Positions 12,125 to 26,499 of a DNA stretch of 64,000 bases are shown piece by piece (position 1 is the stretch's first letter; the number at the start of each line of letters is the position of its first letter). The notes under the pieces were generated by a model. That model had not been told where the DNA came from and did no database searches. It saw nothing but the letters and a program-made list of their open reading frames with translations. This stretch comes from Lama glama (taxonomy: Eukaryota). The position numbers were made by a program, and so were the translations under genes. The stretch spans positions 91,700,001 through 91,764,000 of the forward strand of contig CM052817.1 of assembly GCA_028534125.1 (NCBI GenBank), given 5' to 3'.

Positions 12125-12636
12125 TTTTGTTTTTATGGAATTTTGAGGATTTATTTATTTATTGAAGTATAGTCTGTTTACAATGTTGTGTCAACTTCTG
12201 GTGTACAGCATAATGCCTCAGTCATACATGAACATACACATACTCGTTTTCATATTCCTTTTCACCATAAGTTACTGCAAGATATTGAATATAGTACAGT
12301 ATGAACTTATTTATCAATTTTTTATATATATGTGTTAGTATCTGCAAATCTTGAACTCCCAATTTATCCATTCCCACCCCCTTCCCCGCTGGTAACCGTA
12401 AGTTTGTTTTCTGTGTCTGTGAGTCTGTTTCTGTTTTGTAAAAAACTATATATAAAATATATTATATATTTTAGAGTCCACATGTAAGTAATATGGTATG
12501 GTATTTTTCTTTCTCTTTCTGGCTTACTTCACTTAGAATGACAATCTCCAGTTCCATCCATGTTTCTGCAAATTGCATTATTTTAGTATTTTTTTTTACA
12601 GCTGAGTAGTATTCCATTGTATAAATATACCACAAA
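12125..12636 (-). mobile_element. L1 3'UTR fragment
   Basis: attgaagtatagtc...ggcttacttcacttagaatgacaatctcc; interrupted by a younger L1 at ~12638. Confidence 0.85.
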
Positions 12637-12637
12637 T

Positions 12638-13741
12638 CTTTTTTTTAAACATTTTTTATTGAGTTGTAGTCATTTTACAATGTTGTGTCAAATTCCAATG
12701 TAAAGCACAATTTTTCAGTTATACATGAACATATATATATTTATTGTCACATTTTTTTTTTTTGCTGTGAGCTACCACAAAATCTTGTATATATTTCCCT
12801 GTGCTATACAGTATAATCTTGTTTATCTGTTCTACATTTTGAAATCCCAGTCTGTCCCTTCCCATCCCCCACCCCCTTGGCAACCACAAGTTTGTATTCT
12901 ATGTCTATGAGTCTGTTTCTGTTTTGTATTATGTTTTGTTTTGCTTTTGGATTCACATATGAGCAATCTCATATGGTATTTTTCTTTCTCTTTCTGGCTT
13001 ACTTCACTTAGAATGACATTCTCCAGGAGTGTCCATGTTGCTGCAAATGGTGTTATGTTGTTGTTTTTATGGCTGACTAGTATTCCATTGTATAAATATA
13101 CCACAGCTTCTTTACCCAGTCATCCATTGATGGAAATTTAGGCTGTTTCCATGTCTTGGCTATTGTAAATAGTGCTGCTGTGAACATTGGGGTGCAGATG
13201 TCATCCTGAAGTAGGGTTCCTTCTGGATATATGCTAAGGAGCGGGATTCCTGGGTCATACGGTAAGTCTATTCCTAGTCTTTTGAGGAATCTCCATACTG
13301 TTTTCTACAGTGGCTGCACCAAACTGCATTCCTACCAGCAGTGTAGGAGGGTTCCCCTTTCTCCACAGCCTCTCCAGCATTTGTCATTTGTGGATTTTTG
13401 AATGTTGGCCATTCTGACTGGTGTGAGGTGGTACCTCATTGTAGTTTTGATTTGCATTTCTCTGATAATTAGTGATATTGAGCATTTTTTCATGTGTCTA
13501 TTGATCATTTGTATGTCTTCCTTGGAGAATTGCTTGTTTAGGTCTTTTGCCCATTTTTGGATTGAGTTTTTTGGTTGTGTCTTATTAAGTCGTATGAGCT
13601 GCTTATATATTATGGAGATCAAGCCTTTGTCAGTTTCATTTGCAAAAATTTTCTCCCATTCTGTAGGTTGTCTTTTTGTTTCACTTCTGGTTTCCTTTGC
13701 CGTGCAGAAGCTTATAAGTTTCATTAGGTCCCATTTGTTTA
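12638..13741 (-). mobile_element. Relatively young L1, ORF2 C-terminus + 3'UTR, running into assembly gap
   Basis: ORF 13332-13724(-) [11 protein letters not shown]...[16 protein letters not shown]...[16 protein letters not shown] is L1 ORF2p C-terminal domain. Confidence 0.93.
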
Positions 13742-14241
13742 NNNNNNNNNNNNNNNNNNNNNNNNNNNNNNNNNNNNNNNNNNNNNNNNNNNNNNNNNNN
13801 NNNNNNNNNNNNNNNNNNNNNNNNNNNNNNNNNNNNNNNNNNNNNNNNNNNNNNNNNNNNNNNNNNNNNNNNNNNNNNNNNNNNNNNNNNNNNNNNNNNN
13901 NNNNNNNNNNNNNNNNNNNNNNNNNNNNNNNNNNNNNNNNNNNNNNNNNNNNNNNNNNNNNNNNNNNNNNNNNNNNNNNNNNNNNNNNNNNNNNNNNNNN
14001 NNNNNNNNNNNNNNNNNNNNNNNNNNNNNNNNNNNNNNNNNNNNNNNNNNNNNNNNNNNNNNNNNNNNNNNNNNNNNNNNNNNNNNNNNNNNNNNNNNNN
14101 NNNNNNNNNNNNNNNNNNNNNNNNNNNNNNNNNNNNNNNNNNNNNNNNNNNNNNNNNNNNNNNNNNNNNNNNNNNNNNNNNNNNNNNNNNNNNNNNNNNN
14201 NNNNNNNNNNNNNNNNNNNNNNNNNNNNNNNNNNNNNNNNN
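13742..14241. other. Assembly gap (500 N)
   Basis: Run of exactly 500 n; true size unknown. Confidence 0.99.
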
Positions 14242-15659
14242 CAAAACGTTGAGTCCCTTCAGCTTCCCTTGATGGTCTCATGGTCTTGTCAGCAACAGAA
14301 ACGCTGCCTTTCCCCCTACTCTTTTCTCCTGCTGCTATGCCCTAAGCCGAGCCCTATGCCCTATGCCCTATGCTAAGTGTAGCCAAGAAGTGCAGTGTTA
14401 TGACTGATTCTTTCTTTGAGTGGAACTTGACATCTCATAGCAATCACTGCAAGGTCCCTCTGACCACTACTGAACTCCCTATTTTCCTGTCTGCAGGTTG
14501 CCTCAGGTTGGATATTTATTTGTCAAGCAGAGATGATGATTATGGAGTCTAACTTATCCTAGTTACTAGCCTAGGGTCCCTTCTCTAGAGCCCCATTCAA
14601 TTCCTCTTCCCTTCCTCCAGGGAGAGCATTGGAGTAACTTTCTAGAGTTTTGTAATCTTTTGCCAGAATACATTTTTTGAAATTATGAAAATAGCAACTA
14701 TAGTTTCACCAAGGGCCATTTCTTCTTGTTATTACTAAGCTTAGAAAATCCTAGCTAGTCTATTTTGAGCACCTTGATCCCTTTAAAGGCTCTTATAAAT
14801 CTAAAAATTAGATCCAAGTAATAAATTGATCTTGTAATTTAAATATATTCTCTCTGATTCTATCCTACGGGAAGAAGTAGCTGCTGATGACCTCACTCTT
14901 TTTCATACACTTGAGGACCATCATTAAATGTCTTTCATCTTCTATTTTTTGAGGTTAGGTAGCACCAATTCAGCTTTTTCCCCCCAATCATTAGAAAAAT
15001 TTGGTTGTTCTCTTTAGACTAAAATTTTTCATATTATTTCTAAACCTGGCACCTGGAAGTATATATAGTATCCTAACAGTGGTTCCATCAGTTCTGGGTA
15101 AGGTAGAAGAATTTCTTACTTCCTTCTTGTTAATGCACCACTGTTTTCTTAATGCTGAATTATTCAGTTTCTGTTCCAGAATTAACCTGCCACAGGGCAC
15201 AAGTAAACTCAATCATCATGAATTTGAGTACTCTTTAGAAATATTAGCCTTTTCTTACTATACTATAGTTCTGGGGGAGGGGGTTGTTTTTTGTTTACCA
15301 TTTTACTAACTTCTTATAGTTGCTTTGAATTCTAAACCTGAAATTTAGAAATTAAAGCTATTGACCATAATGCATGTCTAAAAACTATGAAGAAAAGGAA
15401 AATTCAAAAGGACAGTAATTTTTCAAATATTCTGCAATACTAAAATTATAGTAATTTGAGTCACTTACCTCTGTATTAAGTACAAAAAATAAACAATAGA
15501 GAGACAATAAACACATCTGCATTCTTCTTACAAGTGTACATCAGCTGAAAGCACAAGGTGTACTTATCCACTGGGTTATAAAGGGCCAGCAAGGGGTCTC
15601 CAAGATGAGAGAATGACTGATGAGTTCTTCAAACTCCACCCTCCTCTAAAACCCACCTT

Positions 15660-16040
15660 ATTACTCAGCTGGGGCTACTGTAACAAAATGCCATAGACTG
15701 GGTGGCTTCAATGACAGGTATTTATTTTTCAGTTTTAGAGGCTACAAGTCTAAAATCAAGGTTCTGGCCAATTCTATTTCCAGTGAGAGCTCTTTTCTCT
15801 TGGCTTCATGTGTCCTCACATGGCCTTTTCTCTGTAGGGGTGGGGAGGGAGAGAGGGTTAGTCTGGCAGGTGTCAGAGCTCTCTGGTGTTTCTTCTTATA
15901 AGGACACCAGTCCTAGTGATTCAGGACCCCACCCTTCTGACCTCATTTAACCCTAATTCCTTACTCCAAATACAGCCTCACTGAGGGGGTTAGGGCTTCA
16001 GCATTTAAATTTTGGAGAGACACAAACATTTAGTCCATAC
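15660..16040. mobile_element. MaLR LTR (MLT1-type)
   Basis: gggctactgtaacaaaatgccatagactgggtggctt...tcttcttataaggacaccagtc...cacaaacatttagtccata. Confidence 0.8.
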
Positions 16041-17604
16041 CACTACCAGACAGCTTCTGTCACACTAGCTAGATGATTCTCAGATAGTCAGGGGACAAGT
16101 GGCAGCTAGAATTTGGATGAAATGCAAGCCTCACTCCCTCAGCTGCCCATCCTGTTCCTTAGCAGACGCATCACTAAAATGCTGGTTAGATTCATGCCCT
16201 CCACCATTAGTAGCAACCTCCCTCTCGTGTTCCCACAATAAGGGTTACTTGACAAGGAGCAATTTAGATAGTTACAGATCTATACAAAAAGACTGGCTCC
16301 AGCAACCTCTCATCCCCAAGCCTTTTCTGAGCATATTAACCTGTTGCTCTGACCCATCCACCAGTGTAATAAACCAGACACTTCCCAGGGTCTAAAGCCA
16401 GCAGACCAAGGCTGGTCATCTGGGTTAATAGTACAGGTTGCTCATGGCGGTGTGCAGCCTAGTGTTTTGGAACAAGTCACCAAAACGAAAGGCATAAGAA
16501 AAAGGAGCAACAAAAATCTCAAAGGGGAGAAACCTCCTTTTAGTTGCTTTGATGCTTTTTATTTTTTAAAAGATATCATACAGTGAGCGTGGCATTAGGA
16601 GCGTTCTCTGGCTGATCAGGTTTTCCCCTTTGGCAGATGGTTCAGATTTTCTACAAACGAGATTGTTACAAGCAAGTGTTTTGTGTTGAGTGTTCATGAG
16701 AAACTTATCAAAAAGCAGAAATATTCAAGTGCTTTAGGCCAAGGATCTCCCAAGTGATGTGCACACACAGAGGGTGTGTGCTAAGGAATCTGCTGTGTGG
16801 GTGAGGAAAATATTGGAGTTTTTTATATTTACCCCTAAAATATCTTTAAATTTCTATTTTGTATTTGTTTTGTAATGTATGTTATAAACTCTTCTAGTCA
16901 AATGCATTAGCTGTGCTAGTGGACCAACCCCATATTCCCAGTGACTTAACATAACGGGAGTTACGTCTGCTCACTTCAAGCTCTTCCTGGTTGGGTGGCC
17001 TTCCACGTGGGCTTTTGTGGCATAGGCTCCTTCCATCTAAGGGTTCTGTCCCCAGCCAGGTCCTCAGAGTTCTCTCCATTCAACTAGTGTGTGGGGGAAA
17101 GGAGAGCTTGGCACACTGTCTACTCAGCTTTTTGGCTCAGAAGTGACATATTTCATTTTACTTACATTCTATTGGCAAGAAGTAGCCCCACCCAAATCCC
17201 AGGAGATGGGAAGTGTAGTCCCTGACTTGGCAGCTACTGCTCAGAGCAAACTTCACGCCATCCTTGTTAGCCGGCCACCTCTGCTACAGTGGGATGTGTA
17301 CATATTTTTATGGCAGTTATGCAATTTTAGTCAGAGACTAGGGTTTTAGGAACTGTCAGACCCCAGTGTGATTCTTTTCCAATATGAAGTGAGCTTTCTA
17401 GTCCATACATCTAATTGCTGAGACAGGGGCCAAGCAGAACCTAGCTTGGGACTGCCCTCACTGCTCCCAGCCCTCGGGTCCAGGTGGGAATCTGCAATGG
17501 TCACATGTCCTGAGCCTCCAGGCCCCCTTGGAGTTGGGGGTGGACCATGGGGGCTTTCAGTGGCTTTAACTCTTCAGTCTCCACAGGCTCACCAGCCCAT
17601 CCTC

Positions 17605-17793
17605 TAGGGTGGCCGACTCTTTCCAGTTTGGGGCTTTTCCAGTTTTAGCCCTCAGATTCCTGTGTCCCAGGACATCTCTCAGTTCCAGGCAAACCAGGCC
17701 AATTTACCAGGGATTGTGCTGATTTTAAAAATCAAAGTCTCACATTCTGAAAAACTTTTCAGGCCGGGGAAAACCAGGATGGTTGGTCACCCC
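17605..17793. mobile_element. hAT-Blackjack-type MITE (MER81/MER94-like)
   Basis: Terminal inverted ends tagggtggccgact ... ggttggtcacccc; internal ccagtttg/gggattg, gtcccagga, caaaccagg motifs. Confidence 0.6.
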
Positions 17794-17864
17794 ACTGTCC
17801 TTCCAGCAAAGACTTTTTCTGTTGTTACCCCTGAGTGGAATTTGAGCCCCGGGTGACACCTGCC

Positions 17865-18600
17865 TGTAACAGAAGAGAAGCTGCTCTCTAATCTTCCTCT
17901 GGGAAGCTTAACTATCAAAGAGCACAGGATTATAGTGCAAAGAGGGTCTCGCCAGGGAAGAGTAGACAGACTAGTTCTCCCTCAGTGTGGACGTGCAGGA
18001 AAGGGGGCATCCGTCAGTGGTCAGTGTTTTGAGCATAACATGGTGGCCCAAACAGGGACATGGTGACATGCACAGGTTTAGTAAGAGAATTTGCCAGATT
18101 TTAAGTATAAGAATAGAAAGGAGTTTATTAGAGTACATTGTCATAGGCAAGAGCGGGCCACACAGAGGTGCCTGTGTGAGCGCCGAGGGCTGGTGGTTGG
18201 GGTCTTTTTCAAGGTTGGGTCACAAGGTGCCTGACTGGCTTGTGCACAAGTCTGTGGTTGGTTTTAGGTGAGGTAAGGGGTTTAGGGTCCATGAGAGGCG
18301 GTGGGGGCCTGCTAAGGGGGGCATTGCCTGGGGCTGTTAGTTTGTGAGGGGAAACATGCCCAGTAAAGCATGTACTTTATCTGGGAGCCCAGAAATGGGG
18401 GTCAGTGGACTTTGAAGGGACGTCACTTGGCCCAACAGTCAGAACCAGTGTTACCCCTCTGTTCCTGCAAGGGGTCACTGACACAGCGGCTGCCAGCTGA
18501 TTTCTGTCCTTTAGATTTTTCCTGAGGCTCTCCTGTAATACGTCTGCCTTCATGTCCAAAAAGAGACCGTCAATTATTTTCATGTCAATGTAACTGTAAT
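17865..18600 (-). mobile_element. Possible ERV solo LTR (boundaries uncertain)
   Basis: tgtaac terminus, minus-strand AATAAA at 18124-18129 in an LTR-like context. Confidence 0.3.
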
Positions 18601-19190
18601 TCGTCACTGATAGGGTTGTGAAGAACAGATTTTCAGAGTTTGATCCCCTTGAGTTAAAGTGTGTGCTGATGGCTTACTGTGAACGAGCTGACCTGGGACA
18701 CATCTAGGCATGGATGGCTGAAGGGTGGTGTGGGGGGTCTGCAGGGGCGGCAGAAGGACATGGTCACGTGGCGAAGGGGGTCATTATTGCATGTTGGAAT
18801 GAGATTCCAGTTATTCCAAGGCCAAGGAATACCTGGTGTCTTCAGCAAGCAGCAGCAGGGAAAACCATTAGTGATAGCAGGGCCCCAGGCCTGGCTGTCA
18901 GAGAATTATTTTCAGTCTCTGAAAGATGAAAGCAAGAACTGGACAAAGCCCTAGGGCTTAAAGGCAAGTCAGTAAATGAGGAACCAAGAGAAAAGTTACA
19001 ATGCACGCAGCTGGGACATGAGGTTGGGTGAGACCAAGAGTGACTAACCGCTCGTAACAGACAGTCTCATTTCTTGGGAGAGGAGCGTGAGAGATACACT
19101 AAACTGCCGAAGTACCCCACGCTGTGCCCTCTGGGAGCACAAATGCAGTTGAACTCACTTCTGTGCCTGTGTCTCAAGTGATTTCTTTAA

Positions 19191-19435
19191 CTTTTTTTAA
19201 TTGAGTTATAGTCAGTTTACAATGTTGTGTCAAATTCCAGTGTAGAGCAGTTTTTCAGTTATACATGAACGTACATATATTCATTGTCACATTCTTCTTT
19301 GCTGTGAGCTGCCACAAGATCTTGTATATGTTTCCCTGTGCTATACAGTATGATCTTGTTTATCTATTCTACATATGCCTGTCAGTATCTACAAATTTTG
19401 AACTCCCAGTCTGATTTCTTACCACCTCCTTCCCC
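19191..19435 (-). mobile_element. Short L1 3' terminal fragment, same subfamily as 12638-13741
   Basis: ttgagttatagtcagtttacaatgttgtgtcaaattccagtgtagagca... near-identical to 12655-12860. Confidence 0.85.
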
Positions 19436-20924
19436 TGCCTTCCCAGTTGCTTCCTGGAGCCCTGGGGGATGTGGGCAGGGACACAGCTCTGCTGGCTAGC
19501 GATTGACGGGAGGGGCTGTGCCCCAGTCCTGGGAGTGCGGTACTCCTCTCCAGATTCTAGAGTCTTCTGTGACCGCATGGGGGCTGCTCAGTGGTCTGTG
19601 GCAGAGGGAGGTGAGGGCCGTGGCTCTCCCCAAGTCTCTGTCACTTTGTCATTTGAGGCATGGCACTGCAGGCGTCTGGAGTCTCACCAAGCCTTTCATA
19701 AAGACCATCCCGCAACTTTCAGCCTGGTCTCCACTGGTGTGTGAAACTGGTTCCCTGGCTCGGGCAAGGAGAAAGACCCCTGAACATCCCTCTTTTTGAT
19801 TGCCTCATTCTTTCTTGCCCCAGAGGCCTCATTCCGCTTTTGCAGATGAGACACACAAAAGTGCACGTGCATCTCACCGTGTGGGGCAGACACACACAGG
19901 GGCCGCAGATCCCAGCCCCTGTTGGGCCTGGCTGGGATGCTTTTATATAATATCTCTCTGTCCCACACACCTACTCAAGGCCACTAGAACTGCAGTGGCG
20001 AATAAAACCTTCTAAATAGTTAGACTTTTATGAAAAATAAAATGGACTGGTTTTGAAGGTGACTTTTTAGAATCTCATCATGGCTAATTTTAAGTCCTGT
20101 TGTGGAAAAACTTAACCCTTAAATTTGGAATAATTTAAGGTGTTTTACAATAGTAGATACAAGATGGGACAACTGTGTTTTGTTTTCAAAAAGGATCATA
20201 TAAAACTCCAATGAGTGTGAAAAATAGAGCATTCTTCTGCTCTTAATCTCTTTTACTTCATGGAAAGTGGGTCTATGGATTTAGCTGAGGAAAAGAAAAT
20301 GTTGTTTTTAACATAGCTGTAATTATTCTGACCATTCACATTTATAAAGTGTCTTTTCGCTTAACCTGCCATAGCAACTTACAAACTTTAAAAGACATTA
20401 GTAAAAAGGCAATCATCAGAAGCAAAATGATGCCAATGACAGAAAACAGCAGAAAGACGAATCTTGGTTACTTCCCTGAGTACAAGAAATTTGTGGCTAT
20501 GGTTTGTGAGGATATCAATGTCATGACCTTCCTTGGTTCATTATGGCCTTTCAGGCCTTAAAGACAAACATTTAAAAAAAAAATAGAAAAAGCACTTGGC
20601 ATTCGTATTCTGCATTTGATCGCTCTCCTGGCTCTTCTTGGAGAGCAGCGTGGGTAAGTTTATGTTCGTCATTGCTGGCACAGGGTTAGAAATGTCCACT
20701 TGTTTCTGACTCTGCACCAGCCATGGTCTTTTATGCACATTGAGTGAGTTATGCTGTTAACTATACAGTTTTCTTACCCAGTTTTAAGACATGGTTAAAT
20801 TACTATCAGGGAGGTTTTTTTCTCATGTAGTTGAGTCATAAACTAATAAGACTGAACTGATCATCCATAATTTCCTGTAGATTTATGGAGAATGAGGAAA
20901 GAACTACAGTCTGTAATGATGTTT

Positions 20925-23670
20925 TTCTTTTTTTTTTTAAGTTAGAGATTTTTTCAGATTGACGTATAATTGAAAAATTGTCATATATATAAAGTGTACA
21001 ACATGTTTTAATATACATGTAATTTGTGAATGGATTTCCCCCACTGAGGTAATTAATGCATCCATTACATCCTTACATATTTAACCCTTCTCATGTTTAC
21101 TTTTTTTGTGTGAGAATACTTAAGTTCTACTCTTAGCAGATTTCAATTATACAATAAAATGTTATTAACTATAGTCATCATGTTATATATTAGATCCTCA
21201 GACCTTACTCATCTAATGACTGAAAGTTTATACCCTTTTACTAGCCTGTTTTGATTTTGCTCACCCCCTGCCCCGACAACCACCAATCTACTCTGTTTCT
21301 GTGAGTTTACCTTTTTTTTTTTTTTTTTTTAAAGATTCCCCATATAGGTGATACCATGCAGTATTTGTTTTTCTCTGCCTGGCTTATTTCACTTAGCATA
21401 ATGCTCTCGTGGTTCATCCATGTTGTCACAAATGGCAAGATTTCCTTCCTTTTAAAGGCTAAATAATATTCCATTGTATGTTTATGTGTATGATGTTTTC
21501 TTTATCCATTCAACCACTTTCAAACACTTAGCTTATTTCCATATCTTGACTACTGTGAATAACACTATAGTCAAGATGAGAGTATAGGTGTCTCTTAAAG
21601 ATAGTGATTTTGTTTCCTTTGGATATATACCTAGGAGTGCACTTGCTTGCCAGTTGCTTTTTCTTGTCTTTTTGATAATAGTCATTCTCATAGGTGTGAG
21701 ATGATACCTCTGTGTTTTCGTTTTGCATTTCCCTGGTGATTAGTGATGTTGAGCACCTTTTCATGTACCTGTTGATCCTTTATGTCTTTGGAAAAATGTC
21801 TATTCAAGTTCTTTGCTCATTTTTAAATTGGATTATTTGGTTTTCTTTTCTGTTGCGTTATGTGTTCTTTGTATATTTTGGATATTAACCCCTTATTGAA
21901 TATGTAGTTTGCAAAAATTTTTTTTCCATCCCATAGGTTGCCTTTTTGTTTTGTTAGTGGTTTCCTTTGTTGTGCAAAAGCTTTTTCATTTGATGTGATC
22001 TTACTTATTTTTGGTTTTGTTGCCTCTGTTTTTAGTGTCAAATTAAAAAAATCATTGCCAAGACCAATGTCAAGGATCTTTTCCTCTATGTCTTCTTCTA
22101 TGAGTTTTATGGGTTCTGGTCTTTAGGTTCAAATCTTTAATCTATTTTGAGTTGATTTTTGTGTATGGTATAAGACAGGGGTACAGTTTCATTCTTTTGC
22201 ATGTGGCTGGCCAGTGTTCTCAGCATCATTTACTGAAGAGACTATGCTTTCCCCATTCTATGTCCTTGGCTCTTTTGTTAAAACGAATTGACCATATATG
22301 TGTTTGTTTCTGACTCTATTTGTGGTTACCATGAAGCTTACATAAAACATCCTATATTTTTAACAGTTTATCTTGAGCAGATAGCAATCTAGCAATCTAA
22401 CTTGGAAGTATTCAAAAGCTCTACATTTTTATACTACTTCCTAATTTTATGTTTTTGATGTCACAAATTTATATTTTTAATATTGTATATCCATTAACAA
22501 ATTATTGTAGTTTTAATACTCTTGTCTTTTAACCTTTAGAGAATATAAGTGTTTTGCCCATCATCACTGCAATATTAGAGTATTCTGAATTTAATTATAT
22601 ATTTACCTTTACCAGTGAGTTTTATACGTTCATATATTTTCATGTCAGTAATTAGCATCCTTCCATTTTAACTTGAAGACCTCCCTTTAACATTTCTTAG
22701 AAGGCAGGTCTAGTGGTGATGAACTTCTTCAGCTTTTGTTTGTAAAATTCCTTCTCGTCCCTTCAGTTTTGAAGGACAGCTTTGCAGGGTAGAGTATTCT
22801 TAGTTGGCTGTTTTTTTCTTTCAGCACTTTGAATATATCTTCCCACTCCCTTCTGGCTTGCAAGGTCAGAAGGTCACTGCTTTTTTGTTTACTATGGTTC
22901 TGTGGGACTTGTGCAAGCCTCACTGGCTATCAGAGCTAGGTGATTTGGAGGGCTGTCCCTTGGAGAGCAGCTGCAAAAGCTGGGTGCCAGATGTGTGTAT
23001 AAACTCCTTTCAGAGATGCTGGTAATCTGGTTTTATCGTTGGAGCAAACTAAAGGGAGTAGGCAGGAGAAGTGCCCCCATCAGCTCCCCTGGATCCAGAG
23101 GGGATCTCAGCCAGCTCCTAGATACATGCTAAACTAGAAGCTGGGCCCTCAGGCATCAGCTTGTAAAGTATGGAGTCAGACCTGTTATAAAGACTGGAGA
23201 CAGGTGGTTTTGCCTGCTCCCTCGGCACTAAGCTCCGGAGGGGTAGCTGTAGTCAGTGCTCACCTGCTCTGTTAGGAACTGCTGCTTTGTTTGCTGAGGT
23301 CCTATGGGTCTCAGGGATGCAGGCCCTCTTGGCTTGTAGAACTAGTCAAGGGGACCCAGCCCTCAGATGGGAGTCTTAAAAGTCGAGGTGTTAGACATAT
23401 AGTCCAAACCCTTTGCTCCTCAGGGAGAAGCTGGGGGTTGAGGGTTTCCCCCTGAATGTAGGGTGCTGTGCTGGGCATGCTGTTTATGGGAAGGTGGGGC
23501 TCAGCCTTTCCTACTTGTTCCAGTGTGGGTGTTTTCTCATTTGCCTGGTGTGTGGGAATCATTTAGCTGGTTTCTGGGTATCTTTCAGAGGGAATTACTC
23601 TGTGTGTATCTGAATTCCAGTGCATCTGTGAGAGGAAGGAAGTTCAGAAGTCTCCCATGTTACCATCTTG
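20925..23670 (-). mobile_element. Older L1 fragments (3'UTR/ORF2 end, then ORF1/5' region)
   Basis: Antisense L1 motifs; ORF 22729-22923(-) TLQARREWEDIFKVLKEKNSQLRILYPAKLSF is ORF1p C-terminal domain. Confidence 0.8.
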
Positions 23671-24707
23671 GTCACAAAAACAAAACCAAACAACTGAAAC
23701 AAAACACTTTTTTTCCGTTATGAAAAGAAGAATCACTCATGGTGACCTGGGTTAGAAGACTCAGTCTTCAAGAACCAGAATCAACTATTTCTGGGTCAGT
23801 TGCCTCATAACCTTAAGTAATCAAGCTTTAAGGCTTCAGGAAGGAGGTAGGATCATTTCTAATCCCATGACTCTTCCAGCAGGATCAGCTCAGGACCTCA
23901 TTAAAGTTTTTTTCTGGTTGTGATATTGTTAGCGAAGGGCTCAGCCAACCTAACCAAGATCACTTAGGGGCATAGCACAGGAAGGAAGATGAATAGAATT
24001 CATCTTTTTTCCTTATGCTAGGTGCAGATAAATTAATTATAGTTCCCAGAGAACTATTCCCTTCTGCTTAAAATAGTATCAAATTTTCCATTCAAGTCTT
24101 CTATGAATAGAAGCAATTTGATTTGACATTAGGACAGAGCTTTGGAATCTGGAGATGACACAGTCTACTTATGATTCTCTGTGAGGCATCAGTCAGTTTG
24201 GGTTCTCAGTCTTTAGTTTTTTTTCTTCCGTAAAATGGGAATGAAATATGCTCATTAATTTATTTCAGGAGGTTTTAAAGAAATTATTTAAAAACCATTT
24301 TTAATGTGCTGAGTAACACAAATGGAAGGCAATAGAAGTGAGGGAATTCTGGGGAAGAAATCCATTTAATGTGAATTGACTTATTTTCTGGGTTACTTAG
24401 GTAAGATACAGATGATCTCTAGGCTCAGGATCAGGATCATCTCGAGGCCTGTCTTTTGGAAAATAGCTACGATTCATTCTACTGGCAACTTACATGTAGG
24501 AGAGTGATTCTTGGCCCTTCTCTGAAGTTTAAACAGTGTTGGAGTCCCACCTTGAAAGACTCATTTTTACCTGTAAGGACATTTAAGCTCTTGAAGTTAA
24601 TTCTTATATTTTTGTAAGAAGAGACTGGGCATTTACCTCTAGATGAAATCTCACTGCTTTGGTGTATAGTTTTCTCATAAAATAACCCACATCTCTTTTT
24701 CCTGTAG

Positions 24708-24778
24708 ACAAAACTGTGTGGAGTTTTACCCAGTATTCATGATTACATTGTGGATGGCTGGGTTGTATTTCAACCAAG
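24708..24778 (+). CDS. MGST2: MGST2 coding exon 3
   Basis: cctgtag| acceptor; (Q)QNCVEFYPVFMITLWMAGLYFNQ(V); donor G|gtaagt; 71 nt. Confidence 0.97.
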
Positions 24779-25169
24779 GTAAGTTTAAAATACAGTCAAC
24801 TCTGTTGTAATGACGACTACAGTTCTTACCATGTGAAGCAGCCGGTATGCAGCTACACATCTACCGATCCTGGAAATTGCTTTAAACAACATAAGCACTG
24901 CCTGTATGTATCAGAGAGCAGTGAGCTGCACATGACCTAACTCAGGCTTCATTCCAGTTTATCTCAGTGATTGGATTAAAAAATCAGAACAAACTGTACT
25001 TTGCGGACTCCAGAATGAGAATGACATGTGCTTGTCTTCAGTCTAATACTCTAAATTCCAGTTTATCTGTAAGAACAGAATTAATTCACCCTAATTATTA
25101 TACCTAATATTTATTGAGTCCTATGTTGTAGGTACTATTTAAGCGTCATACGTATATTGTCTCATGTTT

Positions 25170-25275
25170 GGCTTTATAGGATTAAAAACCTTCCTATGAG
25201 GTAGGTTCTATAATTAATTCCTATTTTACAGGTGAGGAAACTGAAGTACAGAGAGATTAAGTAATACGCACAGCT
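25170..25275 (-). mobile_element. MIR core fragment
   Basis: cctattttacaggtgaggaaactgaagtacagagagattaagtaa. Confidence 0.7.
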
Positions 25276-26499
25276 TTACCAGTGTCGGAGAAAATTAGCT
25301 TTCAAGTACACAGTAGGGTTTCTAGGTATTTGACCCCTAAAACCCAAAGAATGTAGTGTGACTGATGGATGTAGCAACTCTGTGAATACCCACCCACTTT
25401 ATTTGAACGGGGTATCCTTGGGGGCTGAGGGCTTCACCCAGACTCTACTCGTCCCTCTCACAGGAGGTCAGACCAGCACCAGCTGCCTCATTTGGAGAAA
25501 TTTAATCCTTTACTTTGATAACTCTCATGGCCTCATTTGGGTTTGACACTTGATTGATAAGATTTGAATCAACCAAAATCCAGCTGCTTTCAAAGGCAAC
25601 CCTATCACTTCCTTCTTGTAATTTTTACTTTTGACTGAGGAATTTCAGATACAATGTCTTTCCAAGAATGACTTAACTTTATTCCAGCTCACATTTGTAT
25701 CCTTTAAGGGCAAAAATGAAGGCAGTAGTTCCTTGTCAGGTAAGACCACGTTCACAACTAATCAGAAAAGTGCCCTTTGATAATGGGACTCAGCCTCTGC
25801 CATCTGACCCTCTGGATCTCACTGTAATGGGCAGAATGAGACCAGCCACCTGTCAGGAAATCCTGAAAGGATTTCTTGGGTATCTTGTCCTAATTTTGAT
25901 TCTTTCTCATCCAGAGGAGGTTGCCCGTTCGGTTCTGCCTTGAACGGTTCTCAGTGGCTTTGTGGGAGTAACTGATCAGACAAGGTTTCAGAACTGCTTC
26001 CTCAGGGGCCCTGCCACCCTTCTCCTCCACATCTTTGCTCGGCCCCCTGTTCTCATCCTTTAGGGCCTGGCACAAACGTCATCCCCTGGGAGGGGCCTTC
26101 GCTGACCCCTTCCTAAAGGTGGCCTCCTCCAGTTCCCACTGTCCATCCCCATTCGTTCCCTTCCCAGCATGCTCAAGTCTGTACTTTTCTTCTCATTTTC
26201 CCCTGTCTTTGCTAATAACCCCATAAGGGCAGGGAGCTTGTATCTTTTCACTGCTAACCCCAATCCTTGGAATACCTGGTATATAGTAGAAACAAAAAAA
26301 AGTTTGACCTAATAAAACAATGAATTTAATTTTATCCAGCATATTGGAATCCCACAGACAGGCTTCAGGTGTTTACAAGATGGCAGTGTGCATCCGTGAA
26401 GTGCTGAGGAAGAGAAGAGGTCCCTAGCATAGGGAAGATCCTGAGATTTTTCACTGGACAGGGTGGCAGAACATCACACCACATTTTACACTTCTTTTA

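Noticed and set aside
14351..14373. (gccctat)3 tandem repeat
   Set aside because: Short slippage repeat; no spacer structure, not CRISPR-like
13402..14376. Long ORFs of 180-324 aa
   Set aside because: Artefacts of translation through the N gap
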